Of a stretch of 64,000 nucleotides of DNA, positions 12,758 to 23,622 are shown in pieces. How positions within the stretch are numbered: the stretch's first letter is position 1; each line of letters begins with the position of its first letter. Source of the stretch: Candidatus Dormibacteria bacterium (GTDB taxonomy: Bacteria; Chloroflexota; Dormibacteria; Aeolococcales; Aeolococcaceae). Location of the stretch: NCBI GenBank assembly GCA_044450385.1, contig JBIOIZ010000006.1, positions 339 to 64,338 of the forward strand. Reading direction: 5' to 3'. The translations under genes were made by a program, and so were the position numbers. The notes under the pieces were generated by a model. It saw nothing but the letters and a program-made list of their open reading frames with translations. It did not search any database and was not told the DNA's origin.

Positions 12758-14418
12758 GAGGCTGGGGGGTCCAGGGTGAACCAGTAGAAGCCGTGCGGCC
12801 CCATCGTCAGCAGATACGGCAGCTCTCCGATGCGCGGAAAGTGAACCCTGCCAAGCATCTCGACCGGCGTCGTCCCGTCATACCTGCGCAGGTCGAGCTC
12901 GACCGGTTGGGCGAATCGTGAGAGGTTGTTGACGCACAGCACAGTCAGTCCATCCAGCCTGCGCAGAAAGGCGAACACCGACGGGTTGGCCGCGTCGAGC
13001 CCCTCGAAGCTCCCTTCCCCGAATACCGGAAAGCGCTTGCGGACCGCGATGAAGCGGCGCAGCCAGTGCAACATCGAGGACTCGTTGCGGCGCTGCGCGC
13101 TGACGTTGCACGCCTGGTACCCGTAGACCGGATCCATCAGCGGTGGCAGATACAGCTGTGCGAAATCCGCCTGGCTGAAACCGCCGTTGCTGTCGGCGGT
13201 CCACTGCATCGGAGTGCGAACCCCGTCCCGGTCGCCGAGGTACACGTTGTCACCCATGCCGATCTCGTCTCCGTAATACAGGATCGGACTGCCGGGCAGC
13301 GACAGGATGAGCCCGTGAAACAACTCCATCTGGCGGCGTCCGTTGTTCAGCAGCGGAGCGAGCCTGCGCCGGATCCCGAGGTTGAGCTTGGCGCGCGGGT
13401 CCTTCGCGTACTCGCCCCACATGTAATCGCGCTCCTCATCGGTCACCATCTCGAGGGTCAGCTCGTCGTGGTTGCGCAGGAAGATGCCCCACTGGCTGTT
13501 CGGCGGGAGCGCCGGCGTGCGATCGAGGATCTCGGTGATCGGATACCGCTGCTCGCGACGCAGACCCATGAACATCCGCGGCATCAGCGGGAAGTTGAAG
13601 CACATGTGGCATTCCGGCCGCTCCGGCGTGCCGAAGTAGTCGACGACGTCCTCGGGCCACTGGTTCGCCTCGGCGAGAAGCACCTTCCCCGAATATTCAG
13701 CGTCGATGGTCGCGCGCAGCTCGGCTAGGAACGCATGAGTCTCGGGCAGGTTCTCGCAGTTGGTTCCCTCGCGCTTGAAGAGGTAGGGGACGGCGTCGAG
13801 CCGGAACCCGTCCACGCCGATGTCGAGCCAGAACCGGCAGACATCGATGATCTCCGCGCGCACGTGCGGGTTGTCGTAGTTGAGATCCGGCTGGTGGCTG
13901 AAGAAGCGGTGGAAGTAGTACGCACCGGCTTCGTCGTCCCACGTCCAGTTCGACGTCTCAGTGTCGACGAAGATGATCCGCGCTTCGGTGAACTTGTTCT
14001 TGGTGGGCGACCACATATACCAGTCGCGGTACTCGCTGTCCGGGGACGAGCGCGCGCTCCTGAACCAGGGATGCTGGTCACTGGTGTGGTTGATGACCAG
14101 GTCCATGATCACGCGGATGCCGCGGCGGTGGGCCTCGTCGACGAGCCGCTTGACATCCTCGACCGTCCCGTAGTCGGGAAGCACCGCGCGGTAATCGGAG
14201 ATGTCGTAGCCGCCGTCACGCAGCGGGCTCTGCTGGAATGGGAGCAGCCAGAAGCAGTCGACGCCAAGCCATTCGAGGTATTCGAGCTTGGCGATCAGAC
14301 CTGCGAAGTCGCCGATGCCGTCGTTGTTCCCGTCGTAGAAAGCTCGTACCGAGAGCTCGTAGAACACCGCCTTCTGGAACCACAGCGGATCTTCGGCGAT
14401 ATCAAGGCCGGACGTCAT
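12754..14418 (-). CDS. treS: trehalose synthase / maltose alpha-D-glucosyltransferase
   Basis: [52 protein letters not shown]. Confidence 0.97.
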   Translation of the reverse strand: MTSGLDIAEDPLWFQKAVFYELSVRAFYDGNNDGIGDFAGLIAKLEYLEWLGVDCFWLLPFQQSPLRDGGYDISDYRAVLPDYGTVEDVKRLVDEAHRRGIRVIMDLVINHTSDQHPWFRSARSSPDSEYRDWYMWSPTKNKFTEARIIFVDTETSNWTWDDEAGAYYFHRFFSHQPDLNYDNPHVRAEIIDVCRFWLDIGVDGFRLDAVPYLFKREGTNCENLPETHAFLAELRATIDAEYSGKVLLAEANQWPEDVVDYFGTPERPECHMCFNFPLMPRMFMGLRREQRYPITEILDRTPALPPNSQWGIFLRNHDELTLEMVTDEERDYMWGEYAKDPRAKLNLGIRRRLAPLLNNGRRQMELFHGLILSLPGSPILYYGDEIGMGDNVYLGDRDGVRTPMQWTADSNGGFSQADFAQLYLPPLMDPVYGYQACNVSAQRRNESSMLHWLRRFIAVRKRFPVFGEGSFEGLDAANPSVFAFLRRLDGLTVLCVNNLSRFAQPVELDLRRYDGTTPVEMLGRVHFPRIGELPYLLTMGPHGFYWFTLDPPAS

Positions 14419-16430
14419 TGCTGTGGACGCACGTGCAGGATGTGCGCCGGTTGCCACGCTGGATCGAGTCGTACGTAGTTGGCCGCGCCGTGCCACGTGT
14501 AGGTCTCACCTCCAAGCTCATCATGAACATCGAACGGCCGATCCGCGGCGACACCGAGCGCGCCGAGGTCGAGCCAGGTACTTGCCTCCCGGGGATGAAG
14601 GGGATCCAGGTTGACGATAAGGATGACGACGTCGTCTTTCTCGGGCGTCGACCTTGACACACAGAGCATCGAATCGTCGGTCATGTGGTGCAGGCGCAGA
14701 GTGCTCAATTGCGCGATGGCGTCTCGGTGGCCGTTGCGGATCTCGTTCAGCCGTGCGATGAACGGCGCGATCGAACCGGGCTGCGTCCAGTCGCGAGGCC
14801 GGAGCTGATACTTCTCCGAGTCGAGGTACTCCTCGCTTCCCTCGCGCAACGCGGCGCCCTCGCACAGCTCGTAGCCGCTGTACATCCCCCACGACGGGCA
14901 CGTGATCGCCGCCAGCACCGCGCGCATTCTGAAGGCATTGGGTCCGCCGTGCTGCAGCGTCGCGTGCAGTATGTCCGGCGTGTTCACCCAGAAGTTCGGC
15001 CGGAACCAGTCGACCACCTCGGTCTGGGACAACTCTGTCAGATACTGGCTGAGCTCCCAGACGGTGGTGCGCCAGGTGAAGTACGTGTACGACTGGGAGA
15101 AACCGATCTTGGCCAGCCGCTGCATGACCGCCGGGCGGACAAACGCCTCGGCGAGCATGATCACGTCCGGGAACTCGCGATGGATCTCCGCGATCAGCCA
15201 CTCCCAGAAGGGGAATGCCTTGGTATGCGGATTGTCGACCCGGAAGATGCGCACGCCATGGCCGATCCAGAATCGCATCACGTCGCGGAGCGCGAGCCAG
15301 AGCCCTGCCGCGTCCTCGCTGTCGAAGTCGAGCGGATAGATGTCCTGGTACTGCTTTGGCGGATTCTCCGCGTAGCGGATCGACCCGTCCGACCGGTGCC
15401 GGAACCACTCGGGATGCTCGGTGACCCATGGATGATCGGGGCTGCACTGCAGCGCGTAATCGAGGGCAACCTCCAGGCCCGTGGCCTGGGCCGCAGCAAC
15501 GAACGCATCGAAGTCGTCGATGGTGCCGAGCGCCGGGTCCACGGCGGTATGGCCGCCGAGCGCCGATCCGATCGCCCAGGGGCTCCCCGGGTCGCCGGCC
15601 GAGCACTCGGTCGAGTTGTTCGGACCCTTGCGATGGGTGACCCCGATCGGGTGGATCGGGGGCAGGTAGAGCACCGAAAACCCCATGGCCGCGATCGCCG
15701 GGAGCCGTCTCTGGGCGAGCTTGAAGGTGCCGCTTCGAGGGGGTGCGGCACCCTCCGACCGCGGGAACATCTCGTACCAGGCGGAGTAGCCGGCGATCTC
15801 GCGCTCGACCCACAGGGCATAGGGGCCCGCGATCGTGGCATGGCTGAGATCGGCAGTCCGGCGCATCAGCCCCATGGTTGCCTCGCGTGTCGCCAGTTGC
15901 ACTCTCGTCTCGGCCGGGGTCGGCGCAGCCAGCTTGGCCGTGAGCGCGGTCAGAGCGCGGCGGTCAGATTTGGAGACGACCGGCAGTTCCGCCCGGGCCG
16001 CGGCCAGCGCGGCCCCGTCGGCCAGGTCGAGCTCGACGTCGACACCCGCCTCGAACCGGATCGTCAGGTCGCGAGCCCACCCCCCCCAGACATCGAGGAT
16101 GCCGACCACCGCGAAGCTCCACGCGCCCAGCCGTCGGGTCTTGATCCAGGCGCCGAACACATCCTGTGGCTCTGCCTCCATGGGCACCTCGACCATGCCG
16201 GGAGGCGGGGCGTCCGGTGCGAGCGGGCGTGCGCCCGGCCAGTGCCAAACCCACGCGAGCAGGGGGTCATGGCCGTCGGCGAACGCGCGCGCGGTCACAC
16301 GCAATGGAAGTCCGCGCGTGGCCTTGGCTGGAAACTCGCCGCCGTCGACGGTTGGACGCACGTGCTCGACGACCACTCGCCTCCGATCGCCGAGCAGCCG
16401 GTCGGGGGCGTGAGTGCTCATCGGATTCAT
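14415..16430 (-). CDS. glgE: alpha-1,4-glucan:maltose-1-phosphate maltosyltransferase
   Basis: [48 protein letters not shown]; start approximate. Confidence 0.96.
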   Translation of the reverse strand: MNPMSTHAPDRLLGDRRRVVVEHVRPTVDGGEFPAKATRGLPLRVTARAFADGHDPLLAWVWHWPGARPLAPDAPPPGMVEVPMEAEPQDVFGAWIKTRRLGAWSFAVVGILDVWGGWARDLTIRFEAGVDVELDLADGAALAAARAELPVVSKSDRRALTALTAKLAAPTPAETRVQLATREATMGLMRRTADLSHATIAGPYALWVEREIAGYSAWYEMFPRSEGAAPPRSGTFKLAQRRLPAIAAMGFSVLYLPPIHPIGVTHRKGPNNSTECSAGDPGSPWAIGSALGGHTAVDPALGTIDDFDAFVAAAQATGLEVALDYALQCSPDHPWVTEHPEWFRHRSDGSIRYAENPPKQYQDIYPLDFDSEDAAGLWLALRDVMRFWIGHGVRIFRVDNPHTKAFPFWEWLIAEIHREFPDVIMLAEAFVRPAVMQRLAKIGFSQSYTYFTWRTTVWELSQYLTELSQTEVVDWFRPNFWVNTPDILHATLQHGGPNAFRMRAVLAAITCPSWGMYSGYELCEGAALREGSEEYLDSEKYQLRPRDWTQPGSIAPFIARLNEIRNGHRDAIAQLSTLRLHHMTDDSMLCVSRSTPEKDDVVILIVNLDPLHPREASTWLDLGALGVAADRPFDVHDELGGETYTWHGAANYVRLDPAWQPAHILHVRPQQ

Positions 16431-16521
16431 CTGCGACCGAAGGTCGCGCACAAGCTAGCAGACGGGACCGGCTTCGTAATGGTTCCTCAACTCAGAGCCC
16501 GTACAGTGCGAGTGAAGCGAC

Positions 16522-17565
16522 GTGACCCGATACCGGCTGGCTCTCGCAACCGTCGCCGTGCTGATCGTCGGCGCGGTGCTCTTCACGGTGGCCAGCAGCC
16601 CGCCTCCGGCGGCCACCGCGTCGAGCACCGGCGGCCAGGTGCTGCCCGTGAGCGAGCGGCACCAGGCCCCCGACTTCGCCGGCGTCGACGGGTGGCTCAA
16701 CAGCTCACCGCTGACCCTTCGCGACCTGCGCGGCAAGGTCGTGCTCATCGACTTCTGGACGTTCTCGTGCGTCAACTGCGTGCGCACCATCCCTCACCTC
16801 AAGGTCCTCTACGACGCGTACAGGTCCGACGGCCTTGTGATCGTCGGCGTACATTCTCCGGAGTTCGACTTCGAGAAGGTCCCCGCCAACGTCGCTGCGG
16901 CCGTGATGCGCCTCGGGGTGACCTGGCCGGTGGCCATCGACAGCCAGATGGCGACGTGGAACGCCTATCGGAACCAGTACTGGCCGGCGGAGTACCTCCT
17001 CGACCAGCAGGGCCGGGTCGCCTACGACAGCTTCGGGGAGGGTGATTACACGCAGACCGATGCGGCCGTGGCCGCGTTGCTGAACGTGCACACCGCGCCA
17101 TTGCCATCGTCGACACCGGTTCCCAACGACACCACGCCCGAGCTCTACGCGGGCAGCGAGCGCGGGCAGCTTGCCGACAACGAGCTCTACGGAACCTTCG
17201 GCCGGTCCACGCGATACCCGGACCCCGGACCGCCTCAGGCTCAGAATGCGATCCAGGTGACCGGCACCTGGACAGACGAAGGGCAGTATCTGCAGGCGGA
17301 CACGAGCGGTCACGTCCGGCTCAACTTCACAGCTGACGCCATGTACATCGTGGCCGGCACGCCCGGCACAACCCTGTCTGTTTCGGTCAAACTTGACGGA
17401 AAGGTGGTCGGCGCCGGGAGCAGTGGCGCCGCGCTCACCGACTCGGGCTTCACTGTGACGCGGCAGGACCTGTTCCAGCTGCTGGCTGCGATCTCGCCCG
17501 GATACCATCTGATCGATCTCACCGTGCCGGCGGGCTTCCGTATCTACACCTTCACGTTCGGCTGA
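16522..17565 (+). CDS. membrane-anchored redoxin, DipZ-like (thioredoxin plus DipZ C-terminal-like domain)
   Basis: N-terminal hydrophobic anchor, DFWTFSCVNC, GVHSPEF, NQYWP, TPELY, C-terminal YTFTFG. Confidence 0.88.
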   Translation: MTRYRLALATVAVLIVGAVLFTVASSPPPAATASSTGGQVLPVSERHQAPDFAGVDGWLNSSPLTLRDLRGKVVLIDFWTFSCVNCVRTIPHLKVLYDAYRSDGLVIVGVHSPEFDFEKVPANVAAAVMRLGVTWPVAIDSQMATWNAYRNQYWPAEYLLDQQGRVAYDSFGEGDYTQTDAAVAALLNVHTAPLPSSTPVPNDTTPELYAGSERGQLADNELYGTFGRSTRYPDPGPPQAQNAIQVTGTWTDEGQYLQADTSGHVRLNFTADAMYIVAGTPGTTLSVSVKLDGKVVGAGSSGAALTDSGFTVTRQDLFQLLAAISPGYHLIDLTVPAGFRIYTFTFG

Positions 17566-18299
17566 TGCTCTCGATTGCGACGCTGCTCGCGACCTTCGTC
17601 GCGGGGCTTGGATCCTTCCTTGCGCCGTGCACGGTTCCGCTGCTGCCGGCCTACCTCGCGTGCGTGTCGGGGGTCAGCGCCGCCGAGCTGAGCAACCCTG
17701 ACCGGCACAGCTTCCGGCTCCGGCTCCTGGCGGGATCGCTGCTCTACGTGGCCGGGTTCACCGTCGTCTTCGTGCTCCTCGGGCTCACCGCCGGCGGCAT
17801 CGCACGCGTCGCCAACGGCGCCGTGAGCGGGCGCGTTGTCGAGATCATCAGCGGCGTCGCGGTGATCCTCTTCGGCCTCGCCATCATTGGCGTGGTCAGG
17901 ATCGGCCTGCTCGAGCGGACGCAGGGTTTCCAGCTGCCGGAACGGCTGCGCCGCCGCGGTGTGCTGGGAGCGTTCCTGGTCGGCGTCGTCTTCGGGCTCG
18001 GCTGGACGCCGTGCGTCGGGCCGTACCTCGCCGCGGCATTGACCCTCGCCGCGCTCAGCTCGCACGCAGTCACGGGGGCGGTGCTCCTCGTGGTCTATTC
18101 GCTCGGGCTGGGCCTGCCGTTCATCGCGGTCGCACTGCTCTGGGCATCGCTCCCCGAACTCCCCCGCCGCCTCAACCGGTTCGTCCGGCCCCTGACCCTG
18201 GCGGGCGGCGTGATCACGGTGGCGCTGGGGGTCCTGCTCGCGACCGGCGCCTACACCCACCTCACGTCATATCTCGCGCAGCTCTCGACCCCGACCTGA
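17565..18299 (+). CDS. ccdA: CcdA/DsbD-type disulfide transfer membrane protein
   Basis: SFLAPCTVPLLP and GWTPCVGP, several TM helices; translationally coupled to the redoxin. Confidence 0.92.
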   Translation: MLSIATLLATFVAGLGSFLAPCTVPLLPAYLACVSGVSAAELSNPDRHSFRLRLLAGSLLYVAGFTVVFVLLGLTAGGIARVANGAVSGRVVEIISGVAVILFGLAIIGVVRIGLLERTQGFQLPERLRRRGVLGAFLVGVVFGLGWTPCVGPYLAAALTLAALSSHAVTGAVLLVVYSLGLGLPFIAVALLWASLPELPRRLNRFVRPLTLAGGVITVALGVLLATGAYTHLTSYLAQLSTPT

Positions 18300-18384
18300 C
18301 CAGCCGCGTGACACCGCTCGATACAGCGCCGAGAGATGCTCGGACGCAGCCGCCGGCTCGTTTTCGCAGTCGCGACGCCGCCGC

Positions 18385-19269
18385 TCAGTCGAATCTGCGG
18401 CAGACCACCACGTCGAGGGTCACGTTGCGCTGAATGTGCCGGGCAAGCCGCAGGTAGACCCTGAAATCACGGTAGTGCTGGTCGCCGACCATCTCCTTGA
18501 GCTGGTCGGCGTGCTTGTGCATGTTGGCCAGCCAGTGATCGATGGTCGTCTCGTAGTGCCGCCGCTCGATGTGGTGGACACGCTCGATGTCGAACCCTGC
18601 CTCATTGGCGAGGCGCAGCTCCTCGGCAAGGGTCCGGTAGTTGCCGGTGTCCCCATAGATCTGGCTGACGAACTCGCCGCCACGGTCGAGCTTGGCGTGG
18701 CGTGGATGCTTGAGGTGCAGCTCCTTGTTGATCATCACACCGCCGGGTTTGAGCCAGTCGTGACACTTGGTGAAGAAGCCGGAGAGATTGAAGAAATGGA
18801 CGATCACCTCGTCGGTGTAGATGGCGTCGACCTGTTCCTCAGGCGTGTAATCCTCCCAGTGGCTGAGCACGATCTTCGCGCCCGTGCCACGCCCCGCGAT
18901 GCGCTGCTCGGCGTAGCCCTTCTGGGTTGGCGAGAGCGTCAGCCCCGTGCCGGTGAGCCCGTACGTATCGCAGAGGTAGGTGAGCGGACCGGCCCAGCCG
19001 CAGCCGACGTCGATGAGCCGCATGCCCTTCTGGAGACCCGCGAGCCGGGCGATCAGATCGAGCTTTGCCTGCTGTGAGGCGGTGTCATCCTCAGTGCCCG
19101 GGTCCCACACGTTGGCCGAATACACGTTCCACTCGCCGCCGGTGATGAGCAGGAAGAATTCGGGCGGCTGCTCGTAGTGCACGTTGGTCCGAGCCTGGTC
19201 GACGTCCGTCGTGTACTCGTGATAGAGCTGGTGCTCCGGGCGGATGTCAGTTCTCTGGCTGCTGGCCAC
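18385..19269 (-). CDS. cyclopropane-fatty-acyl-phospholipid synthase-like SAM methyltransferase
   Basis: HYE, YS, AKLDLI, DVGCGW, GLTLS, HYETT. Confidence 0.85.
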   Translation of the reverse strand: MASSQRTDIRPEHQLYHEYTTDVDQARTNVHYEQPPEFFLLITGGEWNVYSANVWDPGTEDDTASQQAKLDLIARLAGLQKGMRLIDVGCGWAGPLTYLCDTYGLTGTGLTLSPTQKGYAEQRIAGRGTGAKIVLSHWEDYTPEEQVDAIYTDEVIVHFFNLSGFFTKCHDWLKPGGVMINKELHLKHPRHAKLDRGGEFVSQIYGDTGNYRTLAEELRLANEAGFDIERVHHIERRHYETTIDHWLANMHKHADQLKEMVGDQHYRDFRVYLRLARHIQRNVTLDVVVCRRFD

Positions 19270-19420
19270 ACAAAATCCCCTGCAAACGTGCCGTCGGAGT
19301 GAGAAGAATAGCCGCGCGGCACGAGTGTTGTGGTCAATCCGACTGTTTCGCAGCTCGCGACCGAATCACATCCGACTGCCACCGCCCCGCGCCGCCGCCG
19401 GATGCGAAGATGGGCCGGTC

Positions 19421-22165
19421 ATGGCTGACGCTGATCCCTACGGCACCAGGGCGGAACTGCTGCCGGGGGTTTCCTACCACCGTCTCGGCGCGCTCGCCGA
19501 GCAGGGCATCGGTGACGTCTCCCGCTTGCCGGTGACGCTGAAGATCCTTCTCGAGAACAGCGTGCGCAACTCCGGCGCCCCGTCGGTCCGGCAGGGAGAC
19601 GTCGAGGCGATCGCAAGCTGGGACGGCACGGGCTCGGGCCCCGATCGCGAGCGCGCGTTCATGCCCGCTCGGGTCCTGCTGCAGGACTTCACGGGTGTCC
19701 CGGCGGTCGTCGACCTCGCCGCGATGCGCTCCGCGGTGGCCCGCGACGGGGGCGATCCGATGCGCATCGACCCGCTGGTGCCGGTGGACCTGGTGATCGA
19801 TCACTCGGTGCAGGTCGACGCCTTCGGCAGCCGCGAGGCCTACGAACGCAACATCGCCCGCGAGTACGAGCGCAACCGGGAGCGGTACTCGCTGCTCCGC
19901 TGGGCGCAGCAGGCCTTCAAGGACTTCCGGGTTGTCCCGCCCGGTATGGGGATCGTCCACCAGATCAACCTCGAATACCTCGCCCAGGTGGTGCAGGTGC
20001 GTGACATCGGTGGTGTGCGCATGGCCGTGCCCGACACGCTGGTCGGGACCGACTCGCACACGCCGATGGTCAACGGCATCGGGGTGCTCGGCTGGGGAGT
20101 CGGCGGCATCGAGGCCGAGGCCTGCATGCTCGGCCAGCCGCTCTTCCTGCTCGCGCCGGTCGTGGTGGGCGTTCGCTTTCAGAACGCGCTGCCGGCGGGG
20201 ACGACTGCGACCGACCTCGTGCTCACCTTGACCGAGTTGCTCCGCGGCCACGGCGTCGTCAACAAGTTCGTGGAGTTCTGCGGCAGCGGTCTGAGCTCGA
20301 TGTCGGTGCCGGACCGAGCGACCCTGTCCAACATGTCGCCGGAGTTCGGCGCCACGGCGTCGCTGTTCCCGGTCGACGCTCGGACCCTCGAGTACCTGCG
20401 CGGTTCCGGCCGCGATCCGGACCACGTCGACCTGGTCGAGCGCTATGCGAAGGAACAGGGCATGTTCCGCACCGACGACTCGGAGATCCCGACCTTCAGC
20501 GAGATGGTGGAGCTGGATCTGGCCAGCGTGGTTCCGAGCGTCGCCGGTCCCAAGCGGCCGCAGGATCGGGTCCCGCTGCCACGGGTCTGGGAGTCGTTCA
20601 CCAACGTGTGGGCGCAGCGAGCCGACCCGGCGTCGAGCGATGCCTCCGCTGAAGACGAGGTGTCGCGGCTCGAGGAAGAGGGCGGGATCGACCCGGAATC
20701 GGTGGCTGAGGAGCCCGTCCCGAACGGCCCCGCCGACTCCGACCAGGTCCGCGATGGATCGGTGGTGATCGCGGCGATCACGTCATGCACGAACACGTCG
20801 AACCCCACGGTGATGGTGGCTGCCGGCCTGCTGGCGCGCAACGCGGTCGCTCGGGGGCTGATGCCCCCCGAGTACGTCAAGACGTCGCTCGCACCCGGGT
20901 CGCGCGTGGTCACCGACTATCTCGAGCGGGCCGGATTGCTCGGCTCCCTTGAGCAGCTCCGCTTCAACCTCGTCGGCTACGGCTGCACGACCTGCATCGG
21001 GAACAGCGGACCGCTCCCCGAGCCCGTGGCCGAACGGATCGAGGCGGAGGATCTCACCGTCGCGGCGGTGCTGAGCGGCAACCGAAACTTCGAAGGACGC
21101 ATCCATCCCCAGGTACGTGCCGCTTATCTCGCCTCGCCACCGCTGGTCGTCGCCTACGCGCTGGCGGGGCGCCTCGACATCGATCTCACCAGCGACCCGC
21201 TCGGCACCGGACACGACGGGCAACCCGTGTTCCTCAACGACATCTGGCCGAGCGCGGACGAGGTGACCGAGACGGTGCGTGCAGCCATCGGGAGCGACCT
21301 CTACACGCGCGAGTACGCGCGGATCTTCGACGGCGATGAGCACTGGCAGCAGCTGCCGTCCCCGACGGGGGCGCTCTTCGACTGGGATCCCGAGTCGACG
21401 TACGTCCGCGAACCACCGTACTTCGTCGGCATGTCACCGAAGCCGAAGCCTCCCGACGACATCATCGATGCGCGCGTCCTTGCGCTCCTCGGCGACTCGA
21501 TCACCACCGACCACATCTCGCCGGCGGGCAGCATCGCGGGCACAAGTCCCGCGGCCGCCTACCTACGCGAGCATGGCGTCGAGCCTCGTGACTTCAACAC
21601 CTACGGTGCGCGGCGCGGCAACCATGATGTGATGGTTCGCGGCACCTTCGCGAACATCCGGCTGCACAACCAGCTCGCCGACGGCAAGGAGGGTGGGTTC
21701 ACCGTGCACCTTCCCGACGGGGCGCTGATGACCATCTTCGACGCGTCGGAGCTGTATCAGCACGAAGGCGTCCCGCTCATCGTGATCGCAGGACGCGAGT
21801 ACGGCTCCGGCTCGTCGCGCGATTGGGCGGCAAAAGGCCCGCTGCTGCAAGGGGTGCGCGCGGTGATCGCCGAGTCGTATGAACGCATTCACCGCAGCAA
21901 CCTGGTGGGGATGGGCATCCTCCCGCTCCAGTTCCGTCCCGGCGAGGACGCCGAGAAACTCGGTCTCGACGGCACGGAGCTCTACACGATTCGCGGTGTC
22001 GCCAGCGCATCGCCCGGCTCGACGGTGCACGTGAGCGCGCGCCGCGCCGGGCAGGCCGACATCGAGTTCGAAACCGTGTCCCGTCTCGACAGTGAGACCG
22101 ACGTCGAGTATCTGCGCAACGGGGGCATCCTGCCCCTGGTGTTGCGCCAACTCATGAACGGCTGA
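19421..22165 (+). CDS. acnA: aconitate hydratase A
   Basis: QDFTGVP, IDHS, GTDSHT, ITSCTN, GCTTCIGNSG, SGNRNFEGR, TDHISP, GSGSSRDWAAKG. Confidence 0.97.
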   Translation: MADADPYGTRAELLPGVSYHRLGALAEQGIGDVSRLPVTLKILLENSVRNSGAPSVRQGDVEAIASWDGTGSGPDRERAFMPARVLLQDFTGVPAVVDLAAMRSAVARDGGDPMRIDPLVPVDLVIDHSVQVDAFGSREAYERNIAREYERNRERYSLLRWAQQAFKDFRVVPPGMGIVHQINLEYLAQVVQVRDIGGVRMAVPDTLVGTDSHTPMVNGIGVLGWGVGGIEAEACMLGQPLFLLAPVVVGVRFQNALPAGTTATDLVLTLTELLRGHGVVNKFVEFCGSGLSSMSVPDRATLSNMSPEFGATASLFPVDARTLEYLRGSGRDPDHVDLVERYAKEQGMFRTDDSEIPTFSEMVELDLASVVPSVAGPKRPQDRVPLPRVWESFTNVWAQRADPASSDASAEDEVSRLEEEGGIDPESVAEEPVPNGPADSDQVRDGSVVIAAITSCTNTSNPTVMVAAGLLARNAVARGLMPPEYVKTSLAPGSRVVTDYLERAGLLGSLEQLRFNLVGYGCTTCIGNSGPLPEPVAERIEAEDLTVAAVLSGNRNFEGRIHPQVRAAYLASPPLVVAYALAGRLDIDLTSDPLGTGHDGQPVFLNDIWPSADEVTETVRAAIGSDLYTREYARIFDGDEHWQQLPSPTGALFDWDPESTYVREPPYFVGMSPKPKPPDDIIDARVLALLGDSITTDHISPAGSIAGTSPAAAYLREHGVEPRDFNTYGARRGNHDVMVRGTFANIRLHNQLADGKEGGFTVHLPDGALMTIFDASELYQHEGVPLIVIAGREYGSGSSRDWAAKGPLLQGVRAVIAESYERIHRSNLVGMGILPLQFRPGEDAEKLGLDGTELYTIRGVASASPGSTVHVSARRAGQADIEFETVSRLDSETDVEYLRNGGILPLVLRQLMNG

Positions 22166-22199
22166 GCATTCGCTCGAATTGTCGAGACCGCACCGCTGA

Positions 22200-22850
22200 A
22201 TGGTTCTCTTCGTCCTCTTCTTCATCTTCATTGTCGTGGTCGGATTCGTGTCGTACTTCACGAGTCAGCAGCGCATCCGCGACATCGCAACGTTTGCAGG
22301 CGCGCACGGTCTCACCGTCATCGGCAGCGACTGGGATCTGGGTGATTGCGGATACTCCCTGTTTCGGGAAGGACAGCGCCGCTACTGGCACAACGTCCTG
22401 CGCGGACAGTGGAACGGACTGCCGGTGACGTACTGCGATTACTCGTACGTCGTTTCGGACGGCAAGAACCAGAACACCGTGTCGTTCTCCAATGTCATCG
22501 CCACGCTCGGCGTGCAGATGCCCCAGGTGACGGTCTCCCCACGCAGCGCCATCGGCGCGCTCGCGGAGAGATCCGTCGGCGCCCCGGGTATTCGATTCGA
22601 ATCCATCGACTTCAACGACAGGTTCAACGTGCAGTCGAGCGACGATGCGTTTGCCGTGGAGCTGATCGACGCGCAGATGATCGAGACATTGCTCGGCTTG
22701 GACCACGGCTATCACGTCGTGTTCGGACCCGAGTACCTGATGGTCTACGCGCACCGGCGGCCGGTGGCCGAGATCGGTGCCATCTTCGACGCAACCGCGG
22801 TGATCGTCGAACGGATTCCCGCCCTCGTTCGCGCGCGGACGGTCGCCTGA
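22200..22850 (+). CDS. membrane-anchored hypothetical protein (DUF3137-like), LemA partner
   Basis: N-terminal TM, FESIDFNDRFNV motif, adjacent to lemA. Confidence 0.7.
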   Translation: MVLFVLFFIFIVVVGFVSYFTSQQRIRDIATFAGAHGLTVIGSDWDLGDCGYSLFREGQRRYWHNVLRGQWNGLPVTYCDYSYVVSDGKNQNTVSFSNVIATLGVQMPQVTVSPRSAIGALAERSVGAPGIRFESIDFNDRFNVQSSDDAFAVELIDAQMIETLLGLDHGYHVVFGPEYLMVYAHRRPVAEIGAIFDATAVIVERIPALVRARTVA

Positions 22851-22950
22851 ACGCAGCCGTCCGCGCGAGAACCGGTGCGGCGTTTGATCGCGACTCCAAC
22901 CGCGGTACCCTAGGACCCGCACTCGTTCTCAGCTCCGAAGGAGATGTTTC

Positions 22951-23613
22951 GTGATAGCCCTCATCGTGGTCCTCGTCATCATCGTGGTCATCGCGCTCGC
23001 GTTGGTGGTCTCGTACAACCGATTCGTCTCCCAACGCAATGCGGTGCAGAACGCCTGGGCTGACATCGACACGGAGCTGAAACGCCGGTACGACCTCATC
23101 CCCAACCTCGTCTCCACCGTCCAGGGCTACGCGGCTCACGAGCGTGGCGTGTTCGAGGAGGTCGCCCAGGCCCGTTCGGTCGGGCTGCAGGCGCAGGGGC
23201 CTGCCGCCGCCAGCGCCGCCGAGGGGCCGTTCCAGATGGCCCTCGGCCACCTCTTCGCGGTGGCGGAGAACTACCCCGAGCTGAAGGCCAATCAGAACTT
23301 CCTGCAACTTCAGGCGACGCTCGCCGACACCGAGGACCGCATCCAGGCCTCGCGTGCGATCTACAACTCGAACGTCCAGCAGTTCAACCGTCGCGTCCAG
23401 GCGTTCCCGTCGAACGTGATCGCCAACATGTTCCATTTCCAGAACGCCGAGTTCTTCCAGATCGACCCGGCGCAGCGCGCGGTGGTCGGCGAGGCGCCGA
23501 AGGTCGACTTCAGCGCCATCACCAACGCGACCTATGGACAGGCACCCGGGGCAGCTCCCGCCCCCTCGGCCGCGCCCGGCAACCCGCCGGCGCCCCCCGT
23601 CTCGGGCGCCTGA
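22951..23613 (+). CDS. lemA: LemA family protein
   Basis: YN...NAWADIDTELKRRYDLIPNLV, ENYPELKANQNF; GAAGGAG RBS. Confidence 0.95.
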   Translation: MIALIVVLVIIVVIALALVVSYNRFVSQRNAVQNAWADIDTELKRRYDLIPNLVSTVQGYAAHERGVFEEVAQARSVGLQAQGPAAASAAEGPFQMALGHLFAVAENYPELKANQNFLQLQATLADTEDRIQASRAIYNSNVQQFNRRVQAFPSNVIANMFHFQNAEFFQIDPAQRAVVGEAPKVDFSAITNATYGQAPGAAPAPSAAPGNPPAPPVSGA

Positions 23614-23622
23614 GGCTCGCCG

